Positions 9,181 through 19,200 of a stretch of DNA of 64,000 nt are shown piece after piece (the stretch's first letter is position 1; each line of letters starts with the position of its first letter). The translations under genes and the position numbers were made by a program. The stretch lies in NCBI GenBank assembly GCA_016181175.1, contig JACOZV010000001.1, positions 75,778 to 139,777 of the forward strand, written 5' to 3'. A model generated the notes under the pieces. That model did not search any database, had not been told where the DNA came from, and was given only the letters and a program-made list of their open reading frames with translations. Source of the DNA: Candidatus Yanofskybacteria bacterium. GTDB lineage: Bacteria; Patescibacteriota; Minisyncoccia; 2-02-FULL-40-12; IGHO2-01-FULL-4-A.

Positions 9181-10659
9181 GTGCAAAAATCAAAAAGTAA
9201 AAATCAAAGTTACGAAATTCCTAAAGAAGTTAGGGAGGTTTTGAATAAACTTGAGAGCACGGACTACGAAGCCCATATTGTCGGCGGGAGCGTGAGACAC
9301 TTGATAATGGGCGAACAGCCGAATGACTGGGATATAACCACCAACGCTAAACCCGAAGAAATACAACAACTTTTTCCCGATAGTTTTTACGAAAACAAAT
9401 TCGGAACTGTTGGTATTAAAACCCGTAGCGACGATTCGGTTTTGCAAGTAGTGGAGGTTACGACTTATCGCATTGAGTCTAAATATACCGACAAAAGGCA
9501 TCCCGATGAAATTAAGTATGCCGATAAAATTGAAGACGACCTGAAAAGGAGGGATTTTACAATTAATGCCCTCGCAATGAACAGCAGCGGAGAAATTATT
9601 GACTTATTTGGCGGTCGTGAGGATATAAAAAATAAGATTATTCGCGCAGTCGGTAATCCCGGTGAAAGATTCAGCGAAGACGCTTTGCGTATGATGCGAG
9701 CGGTTAGGTTTGTGGCCCAGCTTGGTTTTGAAATTGAACACGACACCCTTGAAGCAGCCAGGGAAAATAACGGACTTATGGCGGCTGTATCCAAGGAGCG
9801 CATTCGCGATGAGTTTGTTGGAGTAATCAACTCACAGGATGCTTACAAAGGCGTAGACATGCTTCGCGAAACAGGATTGCTGAAATTTGTTTTGCCGGAA
9901 CTGTTGGAAGGTGTAGGCGTCGGTCAAAACAAACACCACATTTATAATGTTTGGGAGCACAATCTGCTAGCTCTCAAATATGCTTGTGACAAAAACTATT
10001 CGTTTGAAGTTCGTATGGCCTCATTGCTTCATGACGTCGGTAAACCCAGGAGTAAAAGAGGGGAGGGACCAGATTCTACTTTTTATGGTCATGAGGTAAT
10101 CGGTGCGTTCATGGCCGCACAGATTATGGATCGTCTTAAATTTTCCAAGGAGCAAGCCGATAAAATTATTAAATTGGTGCGTTATCATCTTTTTTACTAC
10201 AATGTTGGCGAGGTTACGGAATCGTCGGTCAGGCGTCTTGTCGCGAATATTGGCAAAGAAAATGTTGAAGATTTGATAAAAGTGCGTGAAGCCGATAGAA
10301 TCGGTTCGGGTGTGCCTAAGGCTAAGCCATACAAGTTGCGCCATCTGCAGTTTATGATAGACAAGGTGGCGCGGGATCCTATTTCTCCCAAGATGCTCAA
10401 GATAAATGGAAATGACATAATGGAATTGCTGGGCATTAAGCCGGGTGTAAAGGTTGGCATGATTGTACATGCACTTATGAATGAAGTGCTGGACAAACCA
10501 AGTAAAAATACCAGAGAATCTCTTGAAGCAAGAGCCAGAGAATTAAATCAACTTTCAGAAACTGAACTTGCTGAATTCGGCAAAAAAGGTAAACAAAAAG
10601 CTTTAACCGAAGAAGAAAAAGAAATAGAAAAAATTAAAGCGAAATATTATGTGGAATAA
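9181..10659 (+). CDS. cca: CCA-adding enzyme (tRNA nucleotidyltransferase, PolyA-polymerase head plus HD domain), GTG start
   Basis: GGSVRHLIMG…DWDI…RRDFTINALA nucleotidyltransferase motifs, then an HD domain (LLHDVGK). Confidence 0.85.
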   Translation: MQKSKSKNQSYEIPKEVREVLNKLESTDYEAHIVGGSVRHLIMGEQPNDWDITTNAKPEEIQQLFPDSFYENKFGTVGIKTRSDDSVLQVVEVTTYRIESKYTDKRHPDEIKYADKIEDDLKRRDFTINALAMNSSGEIIDLFGGREDIKNKIIRAVGNPGERFSEDALRMMRAVRFVAQLGFEIEHDTLEAARENNGLMAAVSKERIRDEFVGVINSQDAYKGVDMLRETGLLKFVLPELLEGVGVGQNKHHIYNVWEHNLLALKYACDKNYSFEVRMASLLHDVGKPRSKRGEGPDSTFYGHEVIGAFMAAQIMDRLKFSKEQADKIIKLVRYHLFYYNVGEVTESSVRRLVANIGKENVEDLIKVREADRIGSGVPKAKPYKLRHLQFMIDKVARDPISPKMLKINGNDIMELLGIKPGVKVGMIVHALMNEVLDKPSKNTRESLEARARELNQLSETELAEFGKKGKQKALTEEEKEIEKIKAKYYVE

Positions 10660-10666
10660 TCTTACT

Positions 10667-10738
10667 CGGGGATTAGTGTAGCGGCAACACGCATCGTTCG
10701 GGACGATGAGATGGTGGGTTCGACTCCCACATCCCCGA
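10667..10738 (+). tRNA. tRNA-Pro(CGG); no encoded CCA
   Basis: Perfect acceptor CGGGGAT/ATCCCCG, anticodon stem CATCG/CGATG, loop TTCGGGA, T-arm GTGGGTTCGACTCCCAC. Confidence 0.85.
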
Positions 10739-10768
10739 CAATAGATTTAATTTATTTCGTCATTAGTT

Positions 10769-11452
10769 ATGCTTTTATCAAGAGACCAAATTTTAAAACA
10801 CCTGCGTCGTGGCACGATTGTAATCGAGCCGTTTAATCAGCGCCAGTTAAAAACGACCAGTTATGATGTAACGCTTGGCGAGTGGTTTTGGCGCGAGGGT
10901 CATCCGTCTGGAAGGGCGACCATACACAATGTTTACGATGCCAACTCAACAAGCAATGTTTGGCAGGGGCCGTTTCGCGCCGAGTCGGCCGGTGCCATAC
11001 GCAAATGTCTTTCCGCAGAATTTAAAAATATTTCCGAAAAAGCGCGATTAATTCTTCTTGCTCCCGGCGAGACCATTTTGGCGCACACGCAGGAATTTAT
11101 AGGCGGACGCGAAATTTGCGTGGCCAAGATGTATGCCCGTTCTTCTTTGGGCCGTAATTTTGTTGAAGTATGCAAAGACGCCGGTTGGGGCGATGTCGGG
11201 TACTTTAACCGTTGGACAATGGAAGTAACAAATAATTCCAAACACTATACAATTCCTCTTGTGGTTGGTCGGCGCATAGCCCAAATGGTATTCTATGAAG
11301 TTGCTCCGTTAGCAACGAAAAAAATTGATTATGTTGGTGAGGGTGGGAAATACCAACTCTCGCAAGATATTAAAAAGCTGAAGAAAATGTGGCAGCCCGA
11401 AGTAATGCTTCCCAAGATGCATTTGGATTATGAGGTAAGAAAGCTGAAATAG
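10769..11452 (+). CDS. dcd: dCTP deaminase / dUTPase-fold family protein
   Basis: Blocks align to dCTP deaminase (…TIVIEPF…SYDVTLG…LAPGETILAHT…ARSSLGRNF…GWGDVG…). Confidence 0.7.
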   Translation: MLLSRDQILKHLRRGTIVIEPFNQRQLKTTSYDVTLGEWFWREGHPSGRATIHNVYDANSTSNVWQGPFRAESAGAIRKCLSAEFKNISEKARLILLAPGETILAHTQEFIGGREICVAKMYARSSLGRNFVEVCKDAGWGDVGYFNRWTMEVTNNSKHYTIPLVVGRRIAQMVFYEVAPLATKKIDYVGEGGKYQLSQDIKKLKKMWQPEVMLPKMHLDYEVRKLK

Positions 11453-11494
11453 CGGAACCTTAAAAATTAAAGTAACAAATGAAAGGAGGAAAAA

Positions 11495-12190
11495 ATGAGG
11501 CTAATAATATTGGCATTTTTTTTATGTTTAATAGCAACAAACGCAAACGGACAGCGTCGTCCGGCCGAACTTCGCGGTTCCAGAGAACAACGAATTGAGC
11601 AAAACACTAAAGCTATAGGTTTGGGTTTTGAACAAATAACTACCGATCAAGAGTTGCTTAAAATGGTAACCAATAATTTGCTGGTAGAGCTAAAGGATGC
11701 AGAGTATTATTTTGTTGATAGGGGAGTTACACCGCTCAAAAAAAAGCGCAACGGCAAAAAAATAATTACTTGTCCGCCAAAAGAGAATAAAGTTTTCGTT
11801 CTTGATTTTACGGCCGCCTATGTTGAATTGCTGGCTCGTGATTTTTTTCTGGAGTTTGGCAAGAAATTAAAAGTAACATCAGGCGCGCGAAGTCTTGAAG
11901 AACAACTTCTCATGAGAACCGAGGGATCGTGTTATTACACCTCTTATGCCGCTGAAGTAAAAAATTATCTTGAGGAGTCACTTCACGTGAGAGGCAACAC
12001 GATTGATATTTCGCGCAAGGTGATCACGATTGTCCGCGGCCGGCGTAAAGAGATATCCATGTCGTCCAGAGAAGTTAAGTGGATGCGGGATCGTTTAATC
12101 GCCGATAAGCTAAAAGGAATTGAGTTTGAAACCGAACCGATAGAAGAAAACATTTGTTACCACGTAGTAGTGTTCCCGAAAATAAATTAA
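11495..12190 (+). CDS. Secreted peptidase M15 / LAS-family-like protein
   Basis: Signal peptide MRLIILAFFLCLIATNANG; TSGARSLEEQ and SLHVRGNTIDIS (SxHxxGxAxD-like zinc site). Confidence 0.5.
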   Translation: MRLIILAFFLCLIATNANGQRRPAELRGSREQRIEQNTKAIGLGFEQITTDQELLKMVTNNLLVELKDAEYYFVDRGVTPLKKKRNGKKIITCPPKENKVFVLDFTAAYVELLARDFFLEFGKKLKVTSGARSLEEQLLMRTEGSCYYTSYAAEVKNYLEESLHVRGNTIDISRKVITIVRGRRKEISMSSREVKWMRDRLIADKLKGIEFETEPIEENICYHVVVFPKIN

Positions 12191-12214
12191 TCCGCTCAAA
12201 ACGCGGATTTTTAG
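12189..12214 (+). terminator. Intrinsic terminator
   Basis: AATCCGC-TCAAAAC-GCGGATT followed by TTTTAG. Confidence 0.6.
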
Positions 12215-12216
12215 TT

Positions 12217-12245
12217 TTGCCATTTCAAGGCTAAAAATGTAGAAT
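12217..12245 (+). promoter_or_regulatory. Sigma70-like promoter for tRNA-Ala(CGC)
   Basis: TTGCCA-17 nt-TAGAAT, about 20 nt upstream of the tRNA 5' end. Confidence 0.5.
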
Positions 12246-12264
12246 AGCAAAGATGTGTGTCAAT

Positions 12265-12335
12265 GGGCCCGTCGTAAAATGGTATTATACGGCATTCGCA
12301 TTGCCGGGTCGGGAGTTCGATTCTCCCCGGGTCCA
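12265..12335 (+). tRNA. tRNA-Ala(CGC) with G3:U70; no encoded CCA
   Basis: Acceptor GGGCCCG/CGGGTCC with G3:T70 wobble, perfect anticodon stem CGGCA/TGCCG, loop TTCGCAT, T-loop TTCGATT. Confidence 0.85.
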
Positions 12336-12719
12336 CAGTTAATTTGAAAAAATAGGGATATGTTTGATGTACATGAAATATCGTGGCAATAGAATGTTTT
12401 TAATTATTTATGGAAGTTTAGTAAGCTTTTAATTTTGGTTATCGTGATATCAATTTCAAAATATAAAATATTTTTAAACCTCTTTAAATTTAACCGTGTA
12501 TGTAAGCATATGCGGTATATATTAAATTCATAGAAGACTTTTGTTAATCTCTAACAGCAACAAACTGTTTTAAAATTACAGTGAGAAATTGGGCATGAAG
12601 ACCATTCCGGGTAAGTTTTTCTTTGCCGTTTAGCGTATTTATCAGTAAAGTAAAAAATACCCTTATTCTACTTAATTTTTAAGGATTTGTTTGGATACCG
12701 TGATTTTGTTTGCTGTGGA

Positions 12720-12755
12720 TAAGTTTTTTCTTGATTTTAAAATGCGTGGTATAAT
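12720..12755 (+). promoter_or_regulatory. Candidate promoter with extended -10 (TGgTATAAT) for the giant surface-protein locus
   Basis: TTCTTG-16 nt-TGGTATAAT about 70 nt upstream of the GTG at 12824, within a 480-bp AT-rich intergenic region. Confidence 0.35.
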
Positions 12756-12823
12756 TAAAAATATCAAACATAACTTTTAATTTACGAGTATGTTTGATAA
12801 GGCGAAATTAGTGAGTACTCTCT

Positions 12824-15800
12824 GTGTCTTTTATTACTTTGTTTGAGACGCAGGAACAATTAGAAAAATCATTGGAATCAATCGATTATTCGTCGGTTAA
12901 TTTTTTTGTTAAAGACGGAAAAAGATTTATTGAGGCGTCTTTTCTCGCCAAAGAGTTTGGCTACGAACCGGGTCATGTTGCAAGATTGGCTAGACAAAAT
13001 AAGATTGATTCTTTTTACGACCAGCCATCAAGGCGCTGGTACGTTACTAAGGAATCTTTGGCAAAATATCAGGAGCAGGCGCACTTGAATAAAAAACTCG
13101 CCGGTTTAAAAAGCGCCAATTTAGTCAAACCAATTATTCAGCAAACCACAATTGCCCCCCAGGAAAAAGCAATTTCTGTTGAAACAGATTTGGAAGCGGG
13201 TCAGTTGCGGCTTGCCGAAACAGGCCGTACAGTTCTTTCAGAGGAATCTGCTGACATCTCAATTGATAACGATGCAGTTTCTTCACCAGTTCTTTCTGAA
13301 TCAGTTCTTTCTAATTTTCATACTCACAGTCAGTATTCAGCTAGTTCTCGCCTTAAGGCCGCTGTTACGGCAATGTTTGCAACAGCGGCCTTTATATTTT
13401 TGTTAATTTTTGGAATGACAGTTTTGCCTAAGGATTTAAGTTTGGTTAAGGATCTTACAAGCAAACTTTCGGCTGTCCCGACATTTTTTCTGGAGAATCA
13501 TGGGACTGTTTCCAGACCTGCGTTTTTGCCGGTAAAACCAACCGGTCAGTATCTTAATCTTGCCGTCGTTTTTTACCAGGATTTTATTGAAGAACCAATT
13601 GAAAAATTTTTTGATTTTTATGAAAACGGACCGGTTCTGTCGCCGTTGGTAGCTCCCAAAGATTTTTACCTGACAGTGGTTCCGCAACCCAAGCCGAAAA
13701 TTAATTTTTCATTTTTATACAATTTTAAAAATTTATTTTTTGCTCCAGTCGAAAAACTCGCTGATTCCAGTGTTGGTTTTACCGAACAAATTTTAATCAT
13801 TTGGGGCAAAATGAGCCAAATAGAGATACTGCCGGCAGAGACAAAATCAGTACCTCTTTTTTCACAAGTAAAAATAACTAGTCCGAATTTTGCTTCTATC
13901 GCAGATTCTATTGCAGATCAAAGTTTTATTAAAAATTTTAAGCAAGTTTTAAATAACGAAAAGTTGGCGCTGCCGTCGCTTAATCTCATTTCAACTCAAG
14001 GTTTGGCAGGTGGTTTGAACAAAGGTTTTGCGGACTTGTCCCAAGCCGCAGACACTTTTTCGTTCTTGCCGAAATTGCCTGACAGAGTAACTGGTTTTTT
14101 CTCGGATCTTAAAGAAATTATCCTGTCTCCGCTCAAAGATATTGCCAACTACGGTGACAATTTAACAGAGCAGTCACCAACCTTTCCTGATCAAATAAGT
14201 CAGCCAGAATCATCGCCAGCAGGAGTCAAGCCGCCGACTACTTTTTCTCCGGCAAAGTCATCCGGTCCAGTATATGTTGCCACCCCGATTGATCAGAGTT
14301 TCATCAAAAAATTGGTAAAGCAATTTTTTGATGAAGAAAAATCTGCGCTTACCCCTCTAAATCTTATTTCAGTCCAAGGTTCCGTTGATGACTTAAATCA
14401 AAAACTTGCTGATCTGGTTTCGCGTGTCAATCAAATTCCGCCTCCACTCCAATACATAGGTGGTGGCGGTGGTGGTAGTACAACCACGGTTGGTGGGGGC
14501 GACGCCCAAGTTGCCGGTTCTAAATTAACGGTTGGCGTCACAGTGGTTAATAGCGGTTCAATTGGTACGACATCCGGTAATTTTTCTATTGATTCCGGCG
14601 GTGGCACAACGACTATTTCAGACAACCTAACCGTAACGGGCTTACTCTCTGCTTCCACCGCATCGTCACACTCTTTTATTGGTGATTTATCAATTAGTGA
14701 CGATATTGAGTTAACCGGTGATGCTTCCGCTTCCGCTTTTTTCGGTGCCGGGCTTAACGCCATGACCGGCACAACTGGTTGTTCTGGTGCTTCTGCTGAC
14801 AAACTTCTATACAATGCCACCACTGGCAAGTTTTCCTGCGGTTCTGATCAAAATAGTGGCGGTGGTGGCGGCGCTCCATTAGGCATTGAGATAGTAAATT
14901 CCGGAGCTGCCTTTGGCACCCATTACGGTTCAATATCTTTTGACGCCAGCCATTTTACAGTATCTCTTGCCGACCTAAGCGCCTCTTCTTCATATGTCCG
15001 TCTTGACTGGGGAGCCGGCGGTCCCGCTTCCTTATCACAGGATGAGACTGTAGCCGGCAAATGGCTCTTCAACTCTGCCTCCACCCAATTCAATAACCTA
15101 CTAGAATTAAACGGCACCGCTTCAGTATCCGTAGCCAACACCAATTTCAACATCAATCTAAATGGAACAGGTGACTTTGTTATCCAAGATGCCGGTTCAA
15201 CAGTATTCACAGTTACTGATACAGATACCATAACCCTAAACAACGGATCTGCTGACCTAGTTAGTATTACTGGCAATGCATCAATCTCCTCCAATCTAGA
15301 ACTCACCGGTACCGGCTTCGCCTCCGCCTCCTACTTCTATGCCCAACCAGGGACAGCTGCTTTACCTGCTTTCGCTTTCGGTAATGATACAGATACAGGA
15401 ATATTCAGGTCAGCCGCAAATCAATTGGGTCTTGCCACCAATGGTGTAGAAAGATTGACCATTGATCCTTCTGGTTATGTTGGTATTGGTACAACCAGTC
15501 CAACTACAAAATTTGAAGTCCAAGGTACTGCTTCAGCATCTAATTTCTTAACCGTTGGTGCGATTCAAGTTGCCGGCGGAGTCTCAAAGACATTTTCCAG
15601 ATTCGGACTGGATGACACCGGCCACAATTTAATAGCCGCCTCTGATTTGCTTGTAAGCGGAATGTTGGAAATTAATAGCAACACCTTCTTTGATGCCAGT
15701 GCAAGTGTTGCAGTTAATTTTGATGTAGGAAGCGGAGCAAACGTAATTAAGATTAGGCCTAACGCTGGCAACAATTCTGGTTTTCGCTTGGAAGGTAATG

Positions 15801-16276
15801 CGAGAAATATTAAAAGATTTACAATGTGGCCTGAATTTGCCGGAGCAGTAATGACTGGCAATACGACAAATAGTGTTGGAACTATGACTTCTGATAATGA
15901 GTCTTCGTCTTCATTCAGGAGTTATTACCAATGGACTGCGACATCAGCTACAACACAGGAATACAAAATATTTGTGAAGGTTCCAGTACCCAACGATTTC
16001 AGTGCATTTAATACTGGAGTAAAGGTCGGTGCCTATAAGAGTAATGCTAATGAGAGGATTTTGTTTAGCATAAGGGATACGGCTAACGCCATTTCTAATA
16101 TTGCCAGTGTTAGCGTGGCGACCTCGGCTGAAAACTGGACACTAACCACATCTTCAACACCAACAGGTACTTATGCTTCGGGCAGCGATATGATTTTCAT
16201 ATTTGAAATGCTTTCTAGCTCTAGCCAGAGGGTACGGCTAGGTTCAATAAGTTTTGATTATTACAGTAAGTTTTAA
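12824..16276 (+). CDS. Giant membrane-anchored surface protein 1 (1150 aa): cytoplasmic N-terminal domain, one TM helix, Gly/Ser/Thr-rich extracellular region
   Basis: TM segment AAVTAMFATAAFIFLLIFGMTVL near residue 185; poly-G runs; Thr/Ser/Asn/Gly-rich beta-rich C-terminal two-thirds; GTG start. Confidence 0.7.
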   Translation: MSFITLFETQEQLEKSLESIDYSSVNFFVKDGKRFIEASFLAKEFGYEPGHVARLARQNKIDSFYDQPSRRWYVTKESLAKYQEQAHLNKKLAGLKSANLVKPIIQQTTIAPQEKAISVETDLEAGQLRLAETGRTVLSEESADISIDNDAVSSPVLSESVLSNFHTHSQYSASSRLKAAVTAMFATAAFIFLLIFGMTVLPKDLSLVKDLTSKLSAVPTFFLENHGTVSRPAFLPVKPTGQYLNLAVVFYQDFIEEPIEKFFDFYENGPVLSPLVAPKDFYLTVVPQPKPKINFSFLYNFKNLFFAPVEKLADSSVGFTEQILIIWGKMSQIEILPAETKSVPLFSQVKITSPNFASIADSIADQSFIKNFKQVLNNEKLALPSLNLISTQGLAGGLNKGFADLSQAADTFSFLPKLPDRVTGFFSDLKEIILSPLKDIANYGDNLTEQSPTFPDQISQPESSPAGVKPPTTFSPAKSSGPVYVATPIDQSFIKKLVKQFFDEEKSALTPLNLISVQGSVDDLNQKLADLVSRVNQIPPPLQYIGGGGGGSTTTVGGGDAQVAGSKLTVGVTVVNSGSIGTTSGNFSIDSGGGTTTISDNLTVTGLLSASTASSHSFIGDLSISDDIELTGDASASAFFGAGLNAMTGTTGCSGASADKLLYNATTGKFSCGSDQNSGGGGGAPLGIEIVNSGAAFGTHYGSISFDASHFTVSLADLSASSSYVRLDWGAGGPASLSQDETVAGKWLFNSASTQFNNLLELNGTASVSVANTNFNINLNGTGDFVIQDAGSTVFTVTDTDTITLNNGSADLVSITGNASISSNLELTGTGFASASYFYAQPGTAALPAFAFGNDTDTGIFRSAANQLGLATNGVERLTIDPSGYVGIGTTSPTTKFEVQGTASASNFLTVGAIQVAGGVSKTFSRFGLDDTGHNLIAASDLLVSGMLEINSNTFFDASASVAVNFDVGSGANVIKIRPNAGNNSGFRLEGNARNIKRFTMWPEFAGAVMTGNTTNSVGTMTSDNESSSSFRSYYQWTATSATTQEYKIFVKVPVPNDFSAFNTGVKVGAYKSNANERILFSIRDTANAISNIASVSVATSAENWTLTTSSTPTGTYASGSDMIFIFEMLSSSSQRVRLGSISFDYYSKF

Positions 16277-16293
16277 AAAATAATTTTTTAACT

Positions 16294-19200
16294 GTGTCCA
16301 AACATCTAAAAATCATAATATTCTCACTTTTCTTGGTCGCTGGCTTTACTATGAAGTCAGATTTTGCTTCTGCTGCATCCCGTTATTGGGTAGGCGGGGG
16401 ATCATCAACAAACTGGAATGCTACCGGCCCCACTAATTGGTCAGCCACATCAGGAGGAACTAATAATGACACAGTTCCCAATTCTACTGATGATGTTTTT
16501 TTCAATTCCAGTTCCGGTACCGGTAATTCCGTAATTTCTGCATCTATTACCATCAACTCTTTTGATGCTACTGGATATACTGGAACCCTGACCCACAATG
16601 CCAGTGTTACCCTGACGATTTCTGGGAGCGGGGTAGTTTTCAAACTAGCATCGGGGATGACATATACAAAAGGAGGTAATACGAGTTCTGCCCTTTCCTT
16701 TACCGGCACATCGGGTACTACGATGATAACAACAGCAGGGAAGACTATCGGTAAGATAACTTTTAATGGCGTGGGAGGATCATGGCAATTACAGGATGCC
16801 TTAAATGCTGCAGGTACCGCTTCGCAAATTATTTTAACTAGTGGTAACTTTGATTCCAATAATTTTAATGTGACAATGGGATCTTTTGTTTCCAGTAATT
16901 CCAATACTCGTACGCTGACAATGGGATCTAGTACTTGGAAGCTTCAAGATGGCGGAACTATCGTTTGGAATCTCGCAACCGTCACGGGTCTTAGTTTGAA
17001 TGCGGGTACCTCTACGATTGTGATTTCTAGTACGAACGGTAGCGGAAAAACATTCGCTGGTGGGGGACAAACATATTATAATGTTGTTTTTTCGGGGGAC
17101 AATATCAACATTTCGGATTCCAATACTTTTAATAATTTTGCTATTAATAATGCTGGCCTGACAAATGGGTTAGCCTTGGGGGTAGGGAAGACACAGACTA
17201 TTATGGGATCATTTACGACTAATGGATCTGCGGGAAGTTTAGCGATTCTTAAAACTACTACATCGGGTAGTACTGCAACTTTGTCAAAAGCGTCGGGAAC
17301 AGTTTGCGTTGACTACATGAGTATTAAAGACTCAACCGTTAGCGGTGGCGCCTCTTGGTATGCCGGAGCCAACTCCACGAATGTGTCAGGCAATACAGGT
17401 TGGACATTCTCTGCTTGCCCCGGTGGAGACACCACCCCTCCCACAGTTTCAATATCTTCCCCAACAGCAGGATTAACAGTTTCAGGCAATACCACGGTTT
17501 CAGCCACCGCCTCTGATAATGTAGGAGTATCTGGCGTCCAATTCAAATTAGATGGAGTAAATCTTGGAGTAGAAGATATTGACTCCCCATATTCAATAAC
17601 CTGGGATACAACCGCTACTACCGATGGCTCTCATGATCTTACCGCTACCGCTCGTGATGCATCAGGCAATCAAACTACTTCATCTGCCGTGACGGTTACA
17701 GTAAGCAATCCCACCCCTACCCCCACCCCCACCCCCACCCCCACCCCTACCCCCACCCCTACACCTTTGCCGGCAACTGGTATTCCCGTTATTTTCTTTA
17801 CCGATCTTGAGTCGGGTCCCAACACAGGCGGAGAGAACAACAATGGCGCCTTTGTCACAATTTACGGCAAAAACCTTTCCGGCAGTACTGTTACAGTGGG
17901 AGGAGGATCAGCAATTATTAAACTAACCTCAACCCCATATCTCTGGTATGAAAAAATGGCAATTCAATTAGGAGCGAGTACTAATTCTGGCAATATCATA
18001 GTTACTAATGCATATGGCTCATCCAATAACTTACCATTTACTGTGAGAGCGGGTAATGTTTATTGCGTTTCAATGACTGGTGCAGACTCCAATAATGGAA
18101 AATTTACTACCGAAACACCGCCATCAGCTGGCGTACAAGGATGTTGGCTAAATGTATACAAGGCAAAAAATACAATTGCCGCAGGTGACATCGCCTATAT
18201 CCTGGATGGTGCGAACCAGACAACCCCTGAACCAGGAACGGGAGTAGCACTTCAAATTTCTAACGGTGGAAATTTGGGGAATCCGAAGGCTTTGATTGTC
18301 TACCCAGGTGGCACTTCTGTTTTAGGTGCCATAGGTAGCGGCGACTGGGTGGGTTCTGTGGGCGGTATTAAGGTACTGGGGAGTGCCAGCAATGCAGACT
18401 ATATTACCATCGCCGGGTTTACATTCAAAACTTTTAGTAGTGCGCTCTCAATTTCTGGTAACACATATCCCAGCGCACAACACTGGAGATTTATCGGCAA
18501 TTATCTGACCTGTCCCGGGGGTGATGGGCAGTCCGCTTGTGCCTCCCCGGGTTCCATGGAATACCTGGAGTTTTTAGGAAACGAGATTACGGATGCTGGC
18601 TGCAAAGAAGGGGGAACGCAGAATTGTAAACTCATTAGCCCCGCAAACACAATCACGACAGTTGGCACAACACTGACGCTGAGTGGTTTTACTTCTGGCG
18701 TGAATCTCGGTGCTAGAATCTGCGTAACGACCTGCGCATCAGGGCAAGTTCGTCATATCGTAGCGGCTGGACCAAATAACCTAAACTGGATACTCGATAG
18801 CGCATTCACGTCTGATGTTACGGATTCGACATTTCAGTTTCGTTACGGATTAACATCGAAGCAGTACCACTCTGTTTATGTGGATAACAGTGATCACATC
18901 GAAATTGGGTGGAGCTACATCCACAACAATAACTCCTGTCGTGGGATTTTGACCAACTCGACCGGTACAACCGGTGGGCACCAACAGCACGATCTCTCTT
19001 ACCACGACAACATCATTCATCATCAAACCTGTGCCGGAATCGACCTCAACACCGTGGACCCCAATACTGGGCCAGTCGAGGTCTACAACAATTTGATCTA
19101 CCATGTCGGGACAGGGCCAACTCCACATGATGGCATCGGTAATCTTGCGTGCATTTATTCTGGTGATAATAATCGAAGCTCTCCAGGGGCTGGAACAATT

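Noticed and set aside
17700-17765. (CCCACC)n microsatellite
   Set aside because: It is an in-frame (Pro-Thr)8 interdomain linker in giant protein 2, not a separate feature. It is noted only as a slippage-prone tract.
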